Below, piece by piece: positions 7,010 to 15,606 of a stretch of 15,606 nt of DNA. Made by a program: the position numbers and the translations under genes. How positions within the stretch are numbered: the stretch's first letter is position 1; every line of letters begins with the position of its first letter. The notes under the pieces were generated by a model. The model had not been told where the DNA came from. It worked only from the letters and a program-made list of their open reading frames with translations, and did not search any database. The DNA comes from Candidatus Methylomirabilota bacterium (lineage in GTDB: Bacteria; Methylomirabilota; Methylomirabilia; Rokubacteriales; CSP1-6), in assembly GCA_046726415.1 (NCBI GenBank), contig JBKPAK010000237.1, forward strand, positions 1 through 15,606, in the 5' to 3' direction.

Positions 7010-8221
7010 CTGAGCGCCCGAGCGCGCGCGCTCGTTCTCGGCGCTCTCGTCGTCCTCGGTCTCGCCCTCGGCCTGGTGGTGGCCGAGATGGGGGTGCGCT
7101 TCTATGAGGCGGTGCGCGCGCCCCGGAAGGCGTCGCTCGGCATCGACGATCCGATCCGCCACCACCGCTGGCGAGCACATGGCCGCGGCCAGATCCGCGG
7201 CATCCCGTACGAGACGAACTCCTTGGGCCTGCGCGATCGCGAGTATGCCGAGACCAAGCCGACGGGCGCCGTGCGGATCCTCATGCTCGGCGACTCTTTC
7301 ACCGAAGGATGGACCCTCGAGTTCGAGAACGTGGTCGTCAAGCAAGTCGAGCGATCCCTGGCCCGGCGCTGCCGTCAACCGTACGAGGTCATCAACGCGG
7401 GCAACGCTTCGTACTCGCCCCTCCTTGAGTATCTGCTCCTCAAGGAGATCGGCCCCCGCCTCAAGCCGGACCTCGTGCTCCTGAACTTCGACATGACCGA
7501 TGTGCACGACGACTTTGTTCGCAAGCCGCTAGCGCGCTTCGACAGCCACGGGCTCCCTGTCGCCGTGCCGGCCAACCGGCGGCTCCAGACGGCGATCCTC
7601 ATTCCTCCGCTCGGCCCGTCGCCCGTGCTGCGGGCGCTCGACCCCATCAACCAGGCTTTGAAGTCCTCCATCCTCTACCAGAGACTCCGGCGCTCTTCAT
7701 TCGGCGAGTCCCTGCTGGGAGGGCTCACCATGACCCCCGAGCGGTTGGAGGAGCTGGGTCTGGTGGGAAACGTCCAGTTCGACATACTGGCCATCAGCCG
7801 GGATGGCCGATTCCCGGGCCTGCAGGCCGCGTGGGCCGACACGCTCCGCTACATCGTGGGCATCCGGGACCTGGCGCGGGCGAACGGAGCCGACTTCGCG
7901 CTCGTCGTGTACCCGTACGCCCATCAGGTGAGCGCCACCGCCTCTCTGGAAGGTCGTCGCAAGTTCGGGATGCGTCCCGGCCTGTACGCCTCCGATGCCC
8001 CTTTTCGAATCCTCGAGGAACTGGGGCGGGACAAGGGCTTCCCGGTAATCAATGTAAAACCGCGGCTCAAGGCCATCATCGAGGCGCAGGAGCACAGCGG
8101 CGTCCCGCAGCTCTTCTACTGGCCCCATGATATTCACTTCACCGTGGACGGCGCGACAGTCCTCGCACAGGAGATCGAGAACGGCCTCGCCCGAGAGGGA
8201 TTTCTCGGGGACTGCCGGTGA
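7010..8221 (+). CDS. Membrane-anchored SGNH/GDSL-superfamily protein (AlgX/AlgJ-like); start uncertain (CTG 7010, or first canonical GTG 7076)
   Basis: NSLGLRD, block I LGDSFTEG, block II INAGNASYS and C-terminal HDIHFT. The in-frame hydrophobic helix ALVLGALVVLGLALGLVVAE begins at 7028, upstream of the first canonical start. Confidence 0.8.
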   Translation: MSARARALVLGALVVLGLALGLVVAEMGVRFYEAVRAPRKASLGIDDPIRHHRWRAHGRGQIRGIPYETNSLGLRDREYAETKPTGAVRILMLGDSFTEGWTLEFENVVVKQVERSLARRCRQPYEVINAGNASYSPLLEYLLLKEIGPRLKPDLVLLNFDMTDVHDDFVRKPLARFDSHGLPVAVPANRRLQTAILIPPLGPSPVLRALDPINQALKSSILYQRLRRSSFGESLLGGLTMTPERLEELGLVGNVQFDILAISRDGRFPGLQAAWADTLRYIVGIRDLARANGADFALVVYPYAHQVSATASLEGRRKFGMRPGLYASDAPFRILEELGRDKGFPVINVKPRLKAIIEAQEHSGVPQLFYWPHDIHFTVDGATVLAQEIENGLAREGFLGDCR

Positions 8222-8246
8222 CCGGCGCCATGAGGGGCCGCATTCG

Positions 8247-8276
8247 TTGACTCGTTTCGAGAGCGCGCAGTATGAT
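8247..8276 (+). promoter_or_regulatory. sigma70-type promoter TTGACT-N18-TATGAT for alaC-hom
   Basis: Both hexamers match consensus at 5/6. The -10 ends 11 nt before the ATG at 8288. Confidence 0.7.
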
Positions 8277-8287
8277 CGAGGGCGCCC

Positions 8288-9457
8288 ATGGACGATTTCT
8301 ATCGCATCAAGCGTCTGCCCCCGTATGTCTTCGCGATCGTCAACGATCTGAAGTCAAAGGCGCGCTCCCGCGGCGAAGACATCATCGATCTGGGGATGGG
8401 CAATCCCGACCTGGGGACTCCAAAGCACATCGTGGCCAAGCTCATCGAGGCCGCCCAGAACCCCCGCAATCATCGCTATTCGGCCTCGCGCGGCATCACG
8501 CGGCTCCGCGGGGCCATCACCCGCTGGTATCGCGATCGCTACGGCGTCGAGCTCGACCCCGACACCGAAGCCATCGCCACCATCGGCGCCAAGGAGGGGC
8601 TCGCGCACCTCGCCTTGGCCGTACTCCAGCCCGGGGACGGCGTCCTGGTTCCGAATCCAACGTATCCGATCCACTCCTACTCCGTGGTGATCGCCGACGG
8701 GGACCTGCGATCGGTACCCATGACGCCCGAGGTCGATTTCTTCGCCAAGCTGGAGGAGACGGCGAAGTTGGCCTGGCCACGGGCGAAGCTCCTCATCCTC
8801 TCCTTTCCGCACAATCCGACCACCATGTGCGTGGATCGCGCGTTCTTCGAGCGGGTGGTGGCCTTCGCACGCGAGCACCGCCTGATGGTGGTCCACGACT
8901 TCGCCTACGCCGATCTGGCCTTCGACGGCTATCGCCCTCCATCGTTCCTGGAGGTCCCCGGGGCTAAGGACGTCGGGGTGGAGCTGTTCTCCATGACCAA
9001 GTCCTACAACATGGCGGGCTGGCGACTGGCCTTCGCCTGCGGCCAACGCCAGATGATCCACGCCCTGGCGCGGATGAAGTCCTATCTGGACTATGGCGTG
9101 TTCCAGCCGATCCAGATCGCCGGCATCATCGCGTTGGAGGGCGATCAGTCGGTGGTGGCGGACATCAACGAAGTGTATCGCCGGCGGCGCGACGTGCTGG
9201 TGGACGGGCTGAATAAGCTCGGATGGTCGGTGCCGAAGCCGAAAGGCACCATGTTCGTGTGGGCGCCCATCCCCGAAGCCTTCCGGTCCCTGGGATCGCT
9301 GGAGTTCGCCAAGCTCCTCATTGAGGAGGCCAAGGTGGCCACCTCGCCGGGTATCGGGTTCGGGGAGTACGGAGAAGGCTTCGTGCGCTTTGCGCTGGTC
9401 GAGAACGAGCAACGCATCCGGCAGGCGCTTCGCGGTTTGAAGCAGCTCACGCGCTGA
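8288..9457 (+). CDS. alaC: Class I/II PLP aminotransferase, AlaC/YfdZ-type
   Basis: [69 protein letters not shown] (PLP Lys) and KSYLDYG. Position upstream of hom is a common arrangement. Confidence 0.85.
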   Translation: MDDFYRIKRLPPYVFAIVNDLKSKARSRGEDIIDLGMGNPDLGTPKHIVAKLIEAAQNPRNHRYSASRGITRLRGAITRWYRDRYGVELDPDTEAIATIGAKEGLAHLALAVLQPGDGVLVPNPTYPIHSYSVVIADGDLRSVPMTPEVDFFAKLEETAKLAWPRAKLLILSFPHNPTTMCVDRAFFERVVAFAREHRLMVVHDFAYADLAFDGYRPPSFLEVPGAKDVGVELFSMTKSYNMAGWRLAFACGQRQMIHALARMKSYLDYGVFQPIQIAGIIALEGDQSVVADINEVYRRRRDVLVDGLNKLGWSVPKPKGTMFVWAPIPEAFRSLGSLEFAKLLIEEAKVATSPGIGFGEYGEGFVRFALVENEQRIRQALRGLKQLTR

Positions 9458-9467
9458 GCCGCCCTTC

Positions 9468-10775
9468 ATGCGAGAGGTTCGCCTCGGGCTCCTGGGCCTC
9501 GGTACCGTCGGGGCGGGAGTGGTCAAGCTCCTGGAAGCGCAGCGGAGCACCCTGGAAGAGCGGGCCGGTTGTCGCCTCCACCTCACCCGCATCGCTGACG
9601 TCGACGTGACGCGCCCCCGCGAGGGTCTCGATCTCTCACGCTTGCCGCTGGCCACCGACGCCGCCTCCGTCCTGGGCGATCCGTCGATCGCCGTGGTCAT
9701 CGAGCTGGTCGGTGGACTCGAGCCCGCCCGGACGTTCATCCTCAAGGCGCTGGCGGCTGGCAAGCACGTGGTCACGGCCAACAAGGCCTTGCTCGCCCAC
9801 CACGGCGTGCAGCTCTATGACGAAGCGCGCCGGCGGGGGGTGACGCTGGCCTTCGAGGCGGCGGTCGCCGGTGGCATCCCCCTCATCCGCGCGGTCAAGG
9901 AGGGCCTGGTCGCCAATCGGATTCTTTCGGTGGCCGGGATCGTCAACGGCACCTGCAATTATGTGCTATCGAAGATGTCCGACGAAGGGTTGGACTTTAC
10001 CGCGGTCTTGAAGGACGCGCAGGCCCGCGGGTATGCGGAGGCCGATCCGACGCTCGACGTGGAGGGGATGGACTCCGCCCACAAGCTGCAGATCCTCGTG
10101 TCCCTGGCCTTCCGGACGTTCGTGGACCTCAAGGACATTTACACAGAAGGCATAGGTGGAGTGACCCAGGGGGACATTGCGTACGCGCGGGAGCTGGGCT
10201 ATGCGATCAAGCTGCTGGCCATCGCCAAGGCCACCGACGGCGGAGTGGAAGCGCGCGTGCACCCGACCATGATCCCGTCCAGCTCACCACTGGCCGCCGT
10301 ATCCGGGGTGTTCAACGCGGTCTTCATCACTGGTGACGCCGTTGGCGACCTGATGTTCTACGGGCGCGGCGCCGGACAGCTTCCCACGGCGTCCGCCGTG
10401 TGGTCCGATACCTTGGAAATCGCCCGCCGAATCGCCCACGGGATTCCGGCCCTGGCCCTGGAGCTTCCCGCCGAAGGGGCGGCCGCTCTGCCGCTGCGTT
10501 CCATGGAAAGCGTGCGCTGCGGGTACTACCTGCGGGTCATGGCGCAGGACCGCCCCGGTGTGCTTTCGCGGGTGACCGGCGTTCTGGGAGAGCACAGCAT
10601 CTCCATCGCCTCGATGATCCAGAAAGGCCGGGCGACGGGGGAGGCCGTGCCGATCGTTATGATGACGCACGAGGCGGCGGAGCGCGACGTCCGCGCCGCC
10701 CTGGCCAAAATCGACCGCCTGCCCGTGGTCGCCCTCCCCACCACCTTGATTCGCGTGGAGGGTGGCCCCGCGTGA
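9468..10775 (+). CDS. hom: Homoserine dehydrogenase with C-terminal ACT domain
   Basis: GLGTVG, HVVTANKA, FEAAVAGGIP, GIVNGTCNY, GYAEADPTLDVEG, YGRGAG, and the ACT domain YYLR..DRPGVL. Confidence 0.96.
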   Translation: MREVRLGLLGLGTVGAGVVKLLEAQRSTLEERAGCRLHLTRIADVDVTRPREGLDLSRLPLATDAASVLGDPSIAVVIELVGGLEPARTFILKALAAGKHVVTANKALLAHHGVQLYDEARRRGVTLAFEAAVAGGIPLIRAVKEGLVANRILSVAGIVNGTCNYVLSKMSDEGLDFTAVLKDAQARGYAEADPTLDVEGMDSAHKLQILVSLAFRTFVDLKDIYTEGIGGVTQGDIAYARELGYAIKLLAIAKATDGGVEARVHPTMIPSSSPLAAVSGVFNAVFITGDAVGDLMFYGRGAGQLPTASAVWSDTLEIARRIAHGIPALALELPAEGAAALPLRSMESVRCGYYLRVMAQDRPGVLSRVTGVLGEHSISIASMIQKGRATGEAVPIVMMTHEAAERDVRAALAKIDRLPVVALPTTLIRVEGGPA

Positions 10776-11961
10776 GGAGGCGGTCGCCGCCCGACGTGGT
10801 GCCGACTTCCCTCGGCTTCTGAACAAACAGCTCAACGTCCTGATTCTGATCGGTGTCGCCATCGGCGTCGTGCTCTTCATCTATCTCGCGACTCTTCTCG
10901 CCTTCGCGGTGTGGCTCGCGACATTCCTCGTGGCCTTGGGGGGAGTTGTCGTCGCCACCTATCTCCTAAGTCCTCAAGATCTCGGCGGGATCCTGAAGAT
11001 CGTGGTCGGCCTCGCCATCAGCCTGGGCCTGATTGGCTACCTCCTGGCTACCATCGATCTTTCGATGTTGGCGGCACAGCTTCAGCGCACCGCGTGGGGC
11101 TGGGTGGCTCTCGCCGTGATCTTGACTCCTGTCGGCCTTTGGGCCCGGGCCGTGCGGTGGCGGTACCTCTTCCCCGAGGACTCCAATCCGCCCGGCCTGG
11201 TCGCGGCCACCATGATCGGCTACATGGTCAACAATGTGTTGCCCCTGCGGGCCGGTGAGGTCGCCCGCGTGTACGTCGTCGCCCATCGCTGGCGTCGGGG
11301 TTTCTGGACGATCCTGGGCACCGTGGTGGTCGAGCGGGTGCTTGACGGTATCACCGTGGTCCTCCTGGTCGGCGTCACCATCTTGGTGATCCCAGTGCCC
11401 GGTTATCTCCGGTGGGGCGCCCTGATCATGCTGGTCGTCAACCTGGTGGGCATCGCCGCACTGATGGGCATGGCCTGGCGTCCAGACGCCATGCACGGGC
11501 TGGCCCGCTGGGTGTTCCGACACTGGCCCCGGTTGCAGACTCTCGTGACGCGCGTATTCGATCGCTTCGTGCAGGGCGTGCATGGCATTCGCACGCCCTC
11601 GCATATCGTGCCGCTGCTCCTCTGGACCGTGACCGTCTGGGTCATTCCGGCCTTCGGTGCCTGGACCGTTCTACGCGCCCTGCACCTGTCGCTCCCATGG
11701 GTGGCGCCCTGGGTGGTGCTGGCTTTCGTCGGAGTGAGCGTGTCCATCCCATCCGCGCCGGGCTTCATCGGCGTCTTCCACGCCGCCGCCGCCGTGGCCC
11801 TTGGCATGCTCGGAGTGGCGCGGGCGGAAGCGGTTGGCTACGCGTTGATCCTTCACGCCGTGCAATTCATCCCCGTCACCCTCATCGGGTGGATCTTTCT
11901 CCTGCGCGAGCACGTGACCCTGGCTGAGGTCGGCCGGGTCCGCGCGGAATCGTCGGCATGA
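10762..11961 (+). CDS. Lysylphosphatidylglycerol-synthase TM-domain / UPF0104 flippase-like membrane protein
   Basis: Many TM helices and the motifs RAVRWRYL, GYMVNNVLPLRAGEVAR, TVVVERVLDG and IPSAPGFIGVFH. The GTG start overlaps the hom end by 14 nt, so the start is uncertain. Confidence 0.85.
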   Translation: MAPREEAVAARRGADFPRLLNKQLNVLILIGVAIGVVLFIYLATLLAFAVWLATFLVALGGVVVATYLLSPQDLGGILKIVVGLAISLGLIGYLLATIDLSMLAAQLQRTAWGWVALAVILTPVGLWARAVRWRYLFPEDSNPPGLVAATMIGYMVNNVLPLRAGEVARVYVVAHRWRRGFWTILGTVVVERVLDGITVVLLVGVTILVIPVPGYLRWGALIMLVVNLVGIAALMGMAWRPDAMHGLARWVFRHWPRLQTLVTRVFDRFVQGVHGIRTPSHIVPLLLWTVTVWVIPAFGAWTVLRALHLSLPWVAPWVVLAFVGVSVSIPSAPGFIGVFHAAAAVALGMLGVARAEAVGYALILHAVQFIPVTLIGWIFLLREHVTLAEVGRVRAESSA

Positions 11962-11997
11962 GACCGCCGAAGGACCGACACCGGCGGTCCGCCGGCC

Positions 11998-12026
11998 TTG
12001 CGTGACCGGGCTCCGGCGTGTAGATT
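11998..12026 (+). promoter_or_regulatory. sigma70-type promoter TTGCGT-N17-TAGATT for lysC
   Basis: 17-bp spacer. The -10 ends 9 nt before the ATG at 12036, with no SD in between (TCCCCCGTC). Confidence 0.5.
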
Positions 12027-12035
12027 TCCCCCGTC

Positions 12036-13331
12036 ATGGCGCTGATCCTTCAGAAGTACGGCGGCTCGTCTGTGGCCGATGACGAAAAGATCCTGAGCGT
12101 GGCCCGACGTGTGGCCGCCACCGCCAGCGGTGAGGGCCGTGGAAGCGGGCACCGCGTGGTCGTGGTGGTGTCGGCCATGGGCAAGACGACTGACGGTCTG
12201 ATGGCCCTGGCCCACCGCATCGCGCCCACTCCTGATTTGCGCGAGCTGGACATGCTGCTCGCCACGGGCGAGCAGGTCACCATCGCTCTCCTGGCCATGG
12301 CGCTCCACACGCTCGGCTTCAAGGCGCGCTCGTTCACGGGACTCCAGATCGGCATGCGCACCGATCGATCGCACACCCGGGCCCGCATCACGCGAATCGC
12401 CGCCGATCGAGTCCGACGCGCCCTCGACGATGGCGAAATCGCCGTGGTGGCCGGGTTTCAGGGGGTGAGCGATGACGACGAGATCACCACTCTCGGGCGG
12501 GGCGGCTCCGACCTCACAGCAGTAGCCCTGGCCGCCGCCCTCAGGGCTGATGTCTGCGAGATTTACACCGACGTGGATGGGGTCTACACTGCCGACCCCA
12601 ACATCGTTCCCGACGCCCGGAAGCTGTCGCGCGTCGCTTACGATGAGATGTTGGAGATGGCGAGCCTGGGTGCCAAAGTGCTCCAGGCGCGCTCGGTCGA
12701 ATTCGCCAAGAAGTACGGGGTTCCGGTGCACGTGCGCTCGACATTCAAGCTGAATCCGGGCACCCTGGTGACGAAAGAGGAGAATGGGATGGAAGCGGCC
12801 GTGGTCACCGGCATCACCCACGACCGCAGCCAGGCCAAGATCTCGATTCTGCGGGTCCCCGATCGACCTGGAATCGCGGCCCGCGTCTTCGGCGCCGTGG
12901 CCGAGCGCAACATCGTGGTGGACATGATCGTCCAAAACATCAGCCGCGACGGTTACACCGACATCTCCTTCACCCTCCCCCGCGGCGACCACGCGCGGGC
13001 GGCCGCGGCGCTGGAGGAGATCGCGCGCGACGTCGGCGCCCAGGGAACGCTTCACGATGAGCGCGTGGCCAAGGTGTCCATCGTGGGAGTGGGCATGCGA
13101 AGCCACTCCGGGGTCGCGGCCCGCATGTTCACCGCCCTGTCGAAGGAGGCCATCAACATCCAGATGATCTCCACCTCCGAGATCGCCGTCTCGTGCGTGA
13201 TCGAGGACAAGTACGCCGAACTGGCCGTGCGCGCCCTCCACGACGCCTTCGAGCTGGAGCGCGAACGCCCCACCCCGGGAGACGGGGAACCCCGAGATGA
13301 CCCCCCAAGCCTCATGGGACGCACGCCATGA
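12036..13331 (+). CDS. lysC: Aspartate kinase (alpha subunit, two ACT domains)
   Basis: [67 protein letters not shown], and ACT1 PDRPGIAA and ACT2 [17 protein letters not shown]. Confidence 0.96.
   Translation: MALILQKYGGSSVADDEKILSVARRVAATASGEGRGSGHRVVVVVSAMGKTTDGLMALAHRIAPTPDLRELDMLLATGEQVTIALLAMALHTLGFKARSFTGLQIGMRTDRSHTRARITRIAADRVRRALDDGEIAVVAGFQGVSDDDEITTLGRGGSDLTAVALAAALRADVCEIYTDVDGVYTADPNIVPDARKLSRVAYDEMLEMASLGAKVLQARSVEFAKKYGVPVHVRSTFKLNPGTLVTKEENGMEAAVVTGITHDRSQAKISILRVPDRPGIAARVFGAVAERNIVVDMIVQNISRDGYTDISFTLPRGDHARAAAALEEIARDVGAQGTLHDERVAKVSIVGVGMRSHSGVAARMFTALSKEAINIQMISTSEIAVSCVIEDKYAELAVRALHDAFELERERPTPGDGEPRDDPPSLMGRTP
12789..13331 (+). CDS. Putative aspartate kinase beta subunit from an internal in-frame start (Met252)
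   Basis: AAAGAGGAGAATGGG-ATG: SD GAGGAG (12777-12782) 6 nt before an in-frame ATG at the kinase/ACT boundary; 180 aa. Confidence 0.6.
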   Translation: MEAAVVTGITHDRSQAKISILRVPDRPGIAARVFGAVAERNIVVDMIVQNISRDGYTDISFTLPRGDHARAAAALEEIARDVGAQGTLHDERVAKVSIVGVGMRSHSGVAARMFTALSKEAINIQMISTSEIAVSCVIEDKYAELAVRALHDAFELERERPTPGDGEPRDDPPSLMGRTP

Positions 13332-14440
13332 GCACCGGCAAAGCCGCCGTCTTCTTCGGACCGGGAAAGCCCTTCGAGATTCGCGAGGTGCCGCTTCCGG
13401 AGGTCGAGCCCGGGGCCGTCCTGATCCGCGTATCTATGGCCAACGTCTGCGGATCCGACCTGCACTTCTGGCGGGGCGACGCGCCGCTGCGACTGCCCGA
13501 GGACGGCTGGATCTTCGGTCACGAGATGACAGGACGGGTGGCCAAGCTCGGATCGCAGGTGAAGACCGACTCCCTCGGCCGGCCCCTCAAAGAGGGCGAC
13601 CGCGTGGCCTACACCTACTTCTATCCGTGTGGGCGCTGCTACGCGTGCCTAAACAACGAGCCGGCCAACTGCCCCGCCAAGCTCGAGCGCCCGCGGGGAC
13701 CGCGCGAGTTTCCGCACTTTCACGGGGCCTTCGCCGAGTATTACTACCTGCGGCCGGGCGGCGCCATCTTCCTCGTGCCCGACGCGCTCTCCGACGAGCT
13801 GGTGTCGCCTGTGAACTGTGCTCTCTGTCAAGTGATCTTCGGACTGCATCAGGCAGGCCTGCGCTTCGGGGGCAGCGTCGCCATCCAGGGGGCGGGGGGT
13901 CTGGGCGTCCAGGCCGTCGCCGTAGCCAAGGACATGGGAGCGCAGACCGTCATCGTGCTCGATCAGATCCCGGGACGGCTGGAGCTCGCCCGGGCCTTCG
14001 GGGCCGACCACACCGTCAACGTCCGCGAGCTGGCCGATCGGAAGGAACGCCTCAACGTGGTGCGCAAGCTCACGGGCGGGGTCGGCGTAGACGTAGCCTG
14101 CGACTTCGTGGGCTTTCCCGCGGTGATTCCCGAAGGGATCGAGATGCTTCGCTCGGGTGGCACGTACCTCGAGATCGGCACCATCAGCCGCGGGGCCAAG
14201 GTGGAACTGGAGCCGTCCCTCCTAGTGTGGGGGGCCAAGCGGATCGTGGGGGTCATCCAATACGATCCTTGGGTGATCCCGAGAGCGCTCGATTTCCTCA
14301 TGCGCAACCGGACGCGCTGGCCCTTCGACCGCCTCCTCTCGCACAAGTATCCGCTCAGCGAGATCAACCGCGCCTTCGCGGAAAGCGAGTGGCACGCGCG
14401 CGAGACGACCGCCATCACGCGCGCGGCGCTCGTCGTTTGA
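13328..14440 (+). CDS. Zinc-binding medium-chain dehydrogenase/reductase (alcohol dehydrogenase family)
   Basis: VCGSD, GHE, structural Zn motif CGRCYAC-x7-C and GAGGLG with acidic IVLD (NAD-type). ATGA overlap with the lysC stop. Confidence 0.92.
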   Translation: MSTGKAAVFFGPGKPFEIREVPLPEVEPGAVLIRVSMANVCGSDLHFWRGDAPLRLPEDGWIFGHEMTGRVAKLGSQVKTDSLGRPLKEGDRVAYTYFYPCGRCYACLNNEPANCPAKLERPRGPREFPHFHGAFAEYYYLRPGGAIFLVPDALSDELVSPVNCALCQVIFGLHQAGLRFGGSVAIQGAGGLGVQAVAVAKDMGAQTVIVLDQIPGRLELARAFGADHTVNVRELADRKERLNVVRKLTGGVGVDVACDFVGFPAVIPEGIEMLRSGGTYLEIGTISRGAKVELEPSLLVWGAKRIVGVIQYDPWVIPRALDFLMRNRTRWPFDRLLSHKYPLSEINRAFAESEWHARETTAITRAALVV

Positions 14441-14446
14441 GACCCT

Positions 14447-14472
14447 GGGGTTCCCGGCTTCGCCGGGGCCCC
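14447..14472. repeat. GC-rich palindrome, REP-like, related to the 75-248 repeat unit
   Basis: GGGGTTCCCGGC-TTC-GCCGGGGCCCC, 6 nt after the stop. The reverse-complement core GCCCCGGCGAAGCCG matches GCCCCGGCGCAGCCG at 86-100 (14/15). There is no U-tract. Confidence 0.6.
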
Positions 14473-14578
14473 CGCGATCGCGCACTCCCGCGACGACCAG
14501 CGTCTTGGAATCTCAACGGTTCGATGTATCTGCTTTCTCACTCTGGTCCCCGGGAACGGGACGTGGCACCGTCGCGAT

Positions 14579-15004
14579 GTGATCCTCTACTCCCGGCATC
14601 AGCTGTTCGTCCTCCTCGGCCTGCTCATCGTCTTCGGGGGCGGTCTGGTCGTCGACCGCTGGCGGCGCGTGCACCCGGACGCGGTGGAGCGTTTGGAACG
14701 CTTCGACCGGGAAGCCCCGATCGCGGCCCCTGACGGCGAAGAACAACCGCGAGTCGCCCCACCCAGTTCCATCAAGCTTCGCGCGGTCCCGGGTGCCCCT
14801 GGCATCGTCCCGATCGACCTCAACCGCGCCACGGCCGATGAACTGACGCGCCTTCCTGGCGTCGATCCTGGCCTGGCCGCGCGAATCATCGAAGCTCGCG
14901 ACGCGGAGCCGTTCGCGTCCGTGGAGGACCTCCGGCGAGTTCGGGGCGTGGGCAAGGCCAAGCTCGAGCGCGTGCGGCCCCTCGTCACCGTCAGCCCGCC
15001 GTGA
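14579..15004 (+). CDS. comEA: ComEA-family helix-hairpin-helix DNA-binding protein
   Basis: N-terminal TM helix, Pro-rich linker and IDLNRATADELTRLPGV..LAARII..R..PFASVEDL.RVRGVG. Adjacent to comEC. Confidence 0.88.
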   Translation: MILYSRHQLFVLLGLLIVFGGGLVVDRWRRVHPDAVERLERFDREAPIAAPDGEEQPRVAPPSSIKLRAVPGAPGIVPIDLNRATADELTRLPGVDPGLAARIIEARDAEPFASVEDLRRVRGVGKAKLERVRPLVTVSPP

Positions 15005-15011
15005 GGGGACG

Positions 15012-15606
15012 GTGCCCTGGCTACCCGTTCCGCTGGCGCCTCTGGCCTTGGCGTTCGCCACCGGCGTCGCGCTCGCCCCGCTCGCCCCGGAACGGGCGAT
15101 CTGGTGGGCGTGGGGTCTCAGCCTCATCGCCGCGGCTGTTCTGAGTGCAAGTGGACGATGCGGCTTGGCAGCTCTTCCCCTCCTCCTCGCGACCGGTGTC
15201 CTGGGAGCCCTGCGCGCGACGCCGCCACCGATGCCGCTCCATCATGTCGCTCGCCTCTGCCTTCCGACGACCGGGCGCATCGAGGGACGGCTCGTCGCCG
15301 AGCCGACGCGTTGGGCTCCTGACCGCACGAGACTGCTCGTCGAGATCGAGCGCGTGGACGGGTTACCCGGCACTGGTCGCATCCAGGCCACAGTCTACGG
15401 TGAAGGACCGGCACTGACCGAGGGCCAGCGCCTCGCCGCCGAGTGGCGGCTTCGGGAGGCCGTGAGCTTTCGCAACCCGGGCGTCTTCGACTACGGGGCG
15501 TACCTCGCGCGCGAGGGCATTCACGTGGTCGGCACGGGGCGCGCCGATCGGGTCGTGCCACTCGATGACCCAACTCCTCCGTGGCCGGTGCGAGTCAAGC
15601 GCCGCG
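15012..15606 (+). CDS. comEC: ComEC/Rec2 DNA-uptake channel protein, N-terminal part (runs off the window end)
   Basis: My translation: GTG 15012 after GAGGGG gives MPWLPVPLAPLALAFATGVALA... (TM helices), then the DUF4131-like IEGRLVAEP...LTEGQRL...FRNPGVFDYGAYLAREGI. The frame is open to the window end, so it is absent from the ORF track. Confidence 0.88.
   Translation, partial: MPWLPVPLAPLALAFATGVALAPLAPERAIWWAWGLSLIAAAVLSASGRCGLAALPLLLATGVLGALRATPPPMPLHHVARLCLPTTGRIEGRLVAEPTRWAPDRTRLLVEIERVDGLPGTGRIQATVYGEGPALTEGQRLAAEWRLREAVSFRNPGVFDYGAYLAREGIHVVGTGRADRVVPLDDPTPPWPVRVKRR

Noticed and set aside
8354..13241. Long antisense ORFs (8354..9784, 11853..13241; also 421..1356, 2866..3678, 5749..6924)
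   Set aside because: Shadow ORFs of high-GC genes, with no motifs, fully overlapping well-supported CDSs.
14447..14472. Rho-independent terminator
   Set aside because: The hairpin lacks a following U-tract on either strand, so it is treated as a REP-like palindrome.
14505..14532. comEA promoter TTGGAA-N16-TATCTG
   Set aside because: The -10 match is poor (no final T) and the spacing is suboptimal, so it cannot be supported.

Overview
GC-rich bacterial chromosomal window of mostly housekeeping genes. BamD implies a diderm. The style and intergenic repeats are reminiscent of Ca. Rokubacteria/Methylomirabilota, but that is a guess. Minus strand: an EmrA/HlyD-type adaptor followed by a D-2-hydroxyacid dehydrogenase. 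Plus strand: bamD, ltaE, an OppD/OppF-type ATPase pair, a membrane-anchored SGNH protein, alaC, hom, an LPG-synthase-TM (UPF0104) membrane protein, lysC, a Zn-dependent MDR dehydrogenase, comEA and a 3'-truncated comEC (missing from the ORF track). I see no mobile element, CRISPR array, rRNA or tRNA, and no clearly novel multi-gene system. The most interesting unexplained signals are: (1) a ~180-nt rod-like inverted-repeat structure directly downstream of a near-consensus sigma70 promoter, a candidate ncRNA or structured leader; (2) a nested in-frame SD+ATG in lysC, probably the beta subunit; (3) an SGNH gene whose membrane anchor lies upstream of any canonical start codon; (4) promoters set up for near-leaderless mRNAs; and (5) two families of REP-like palindromic repeats.
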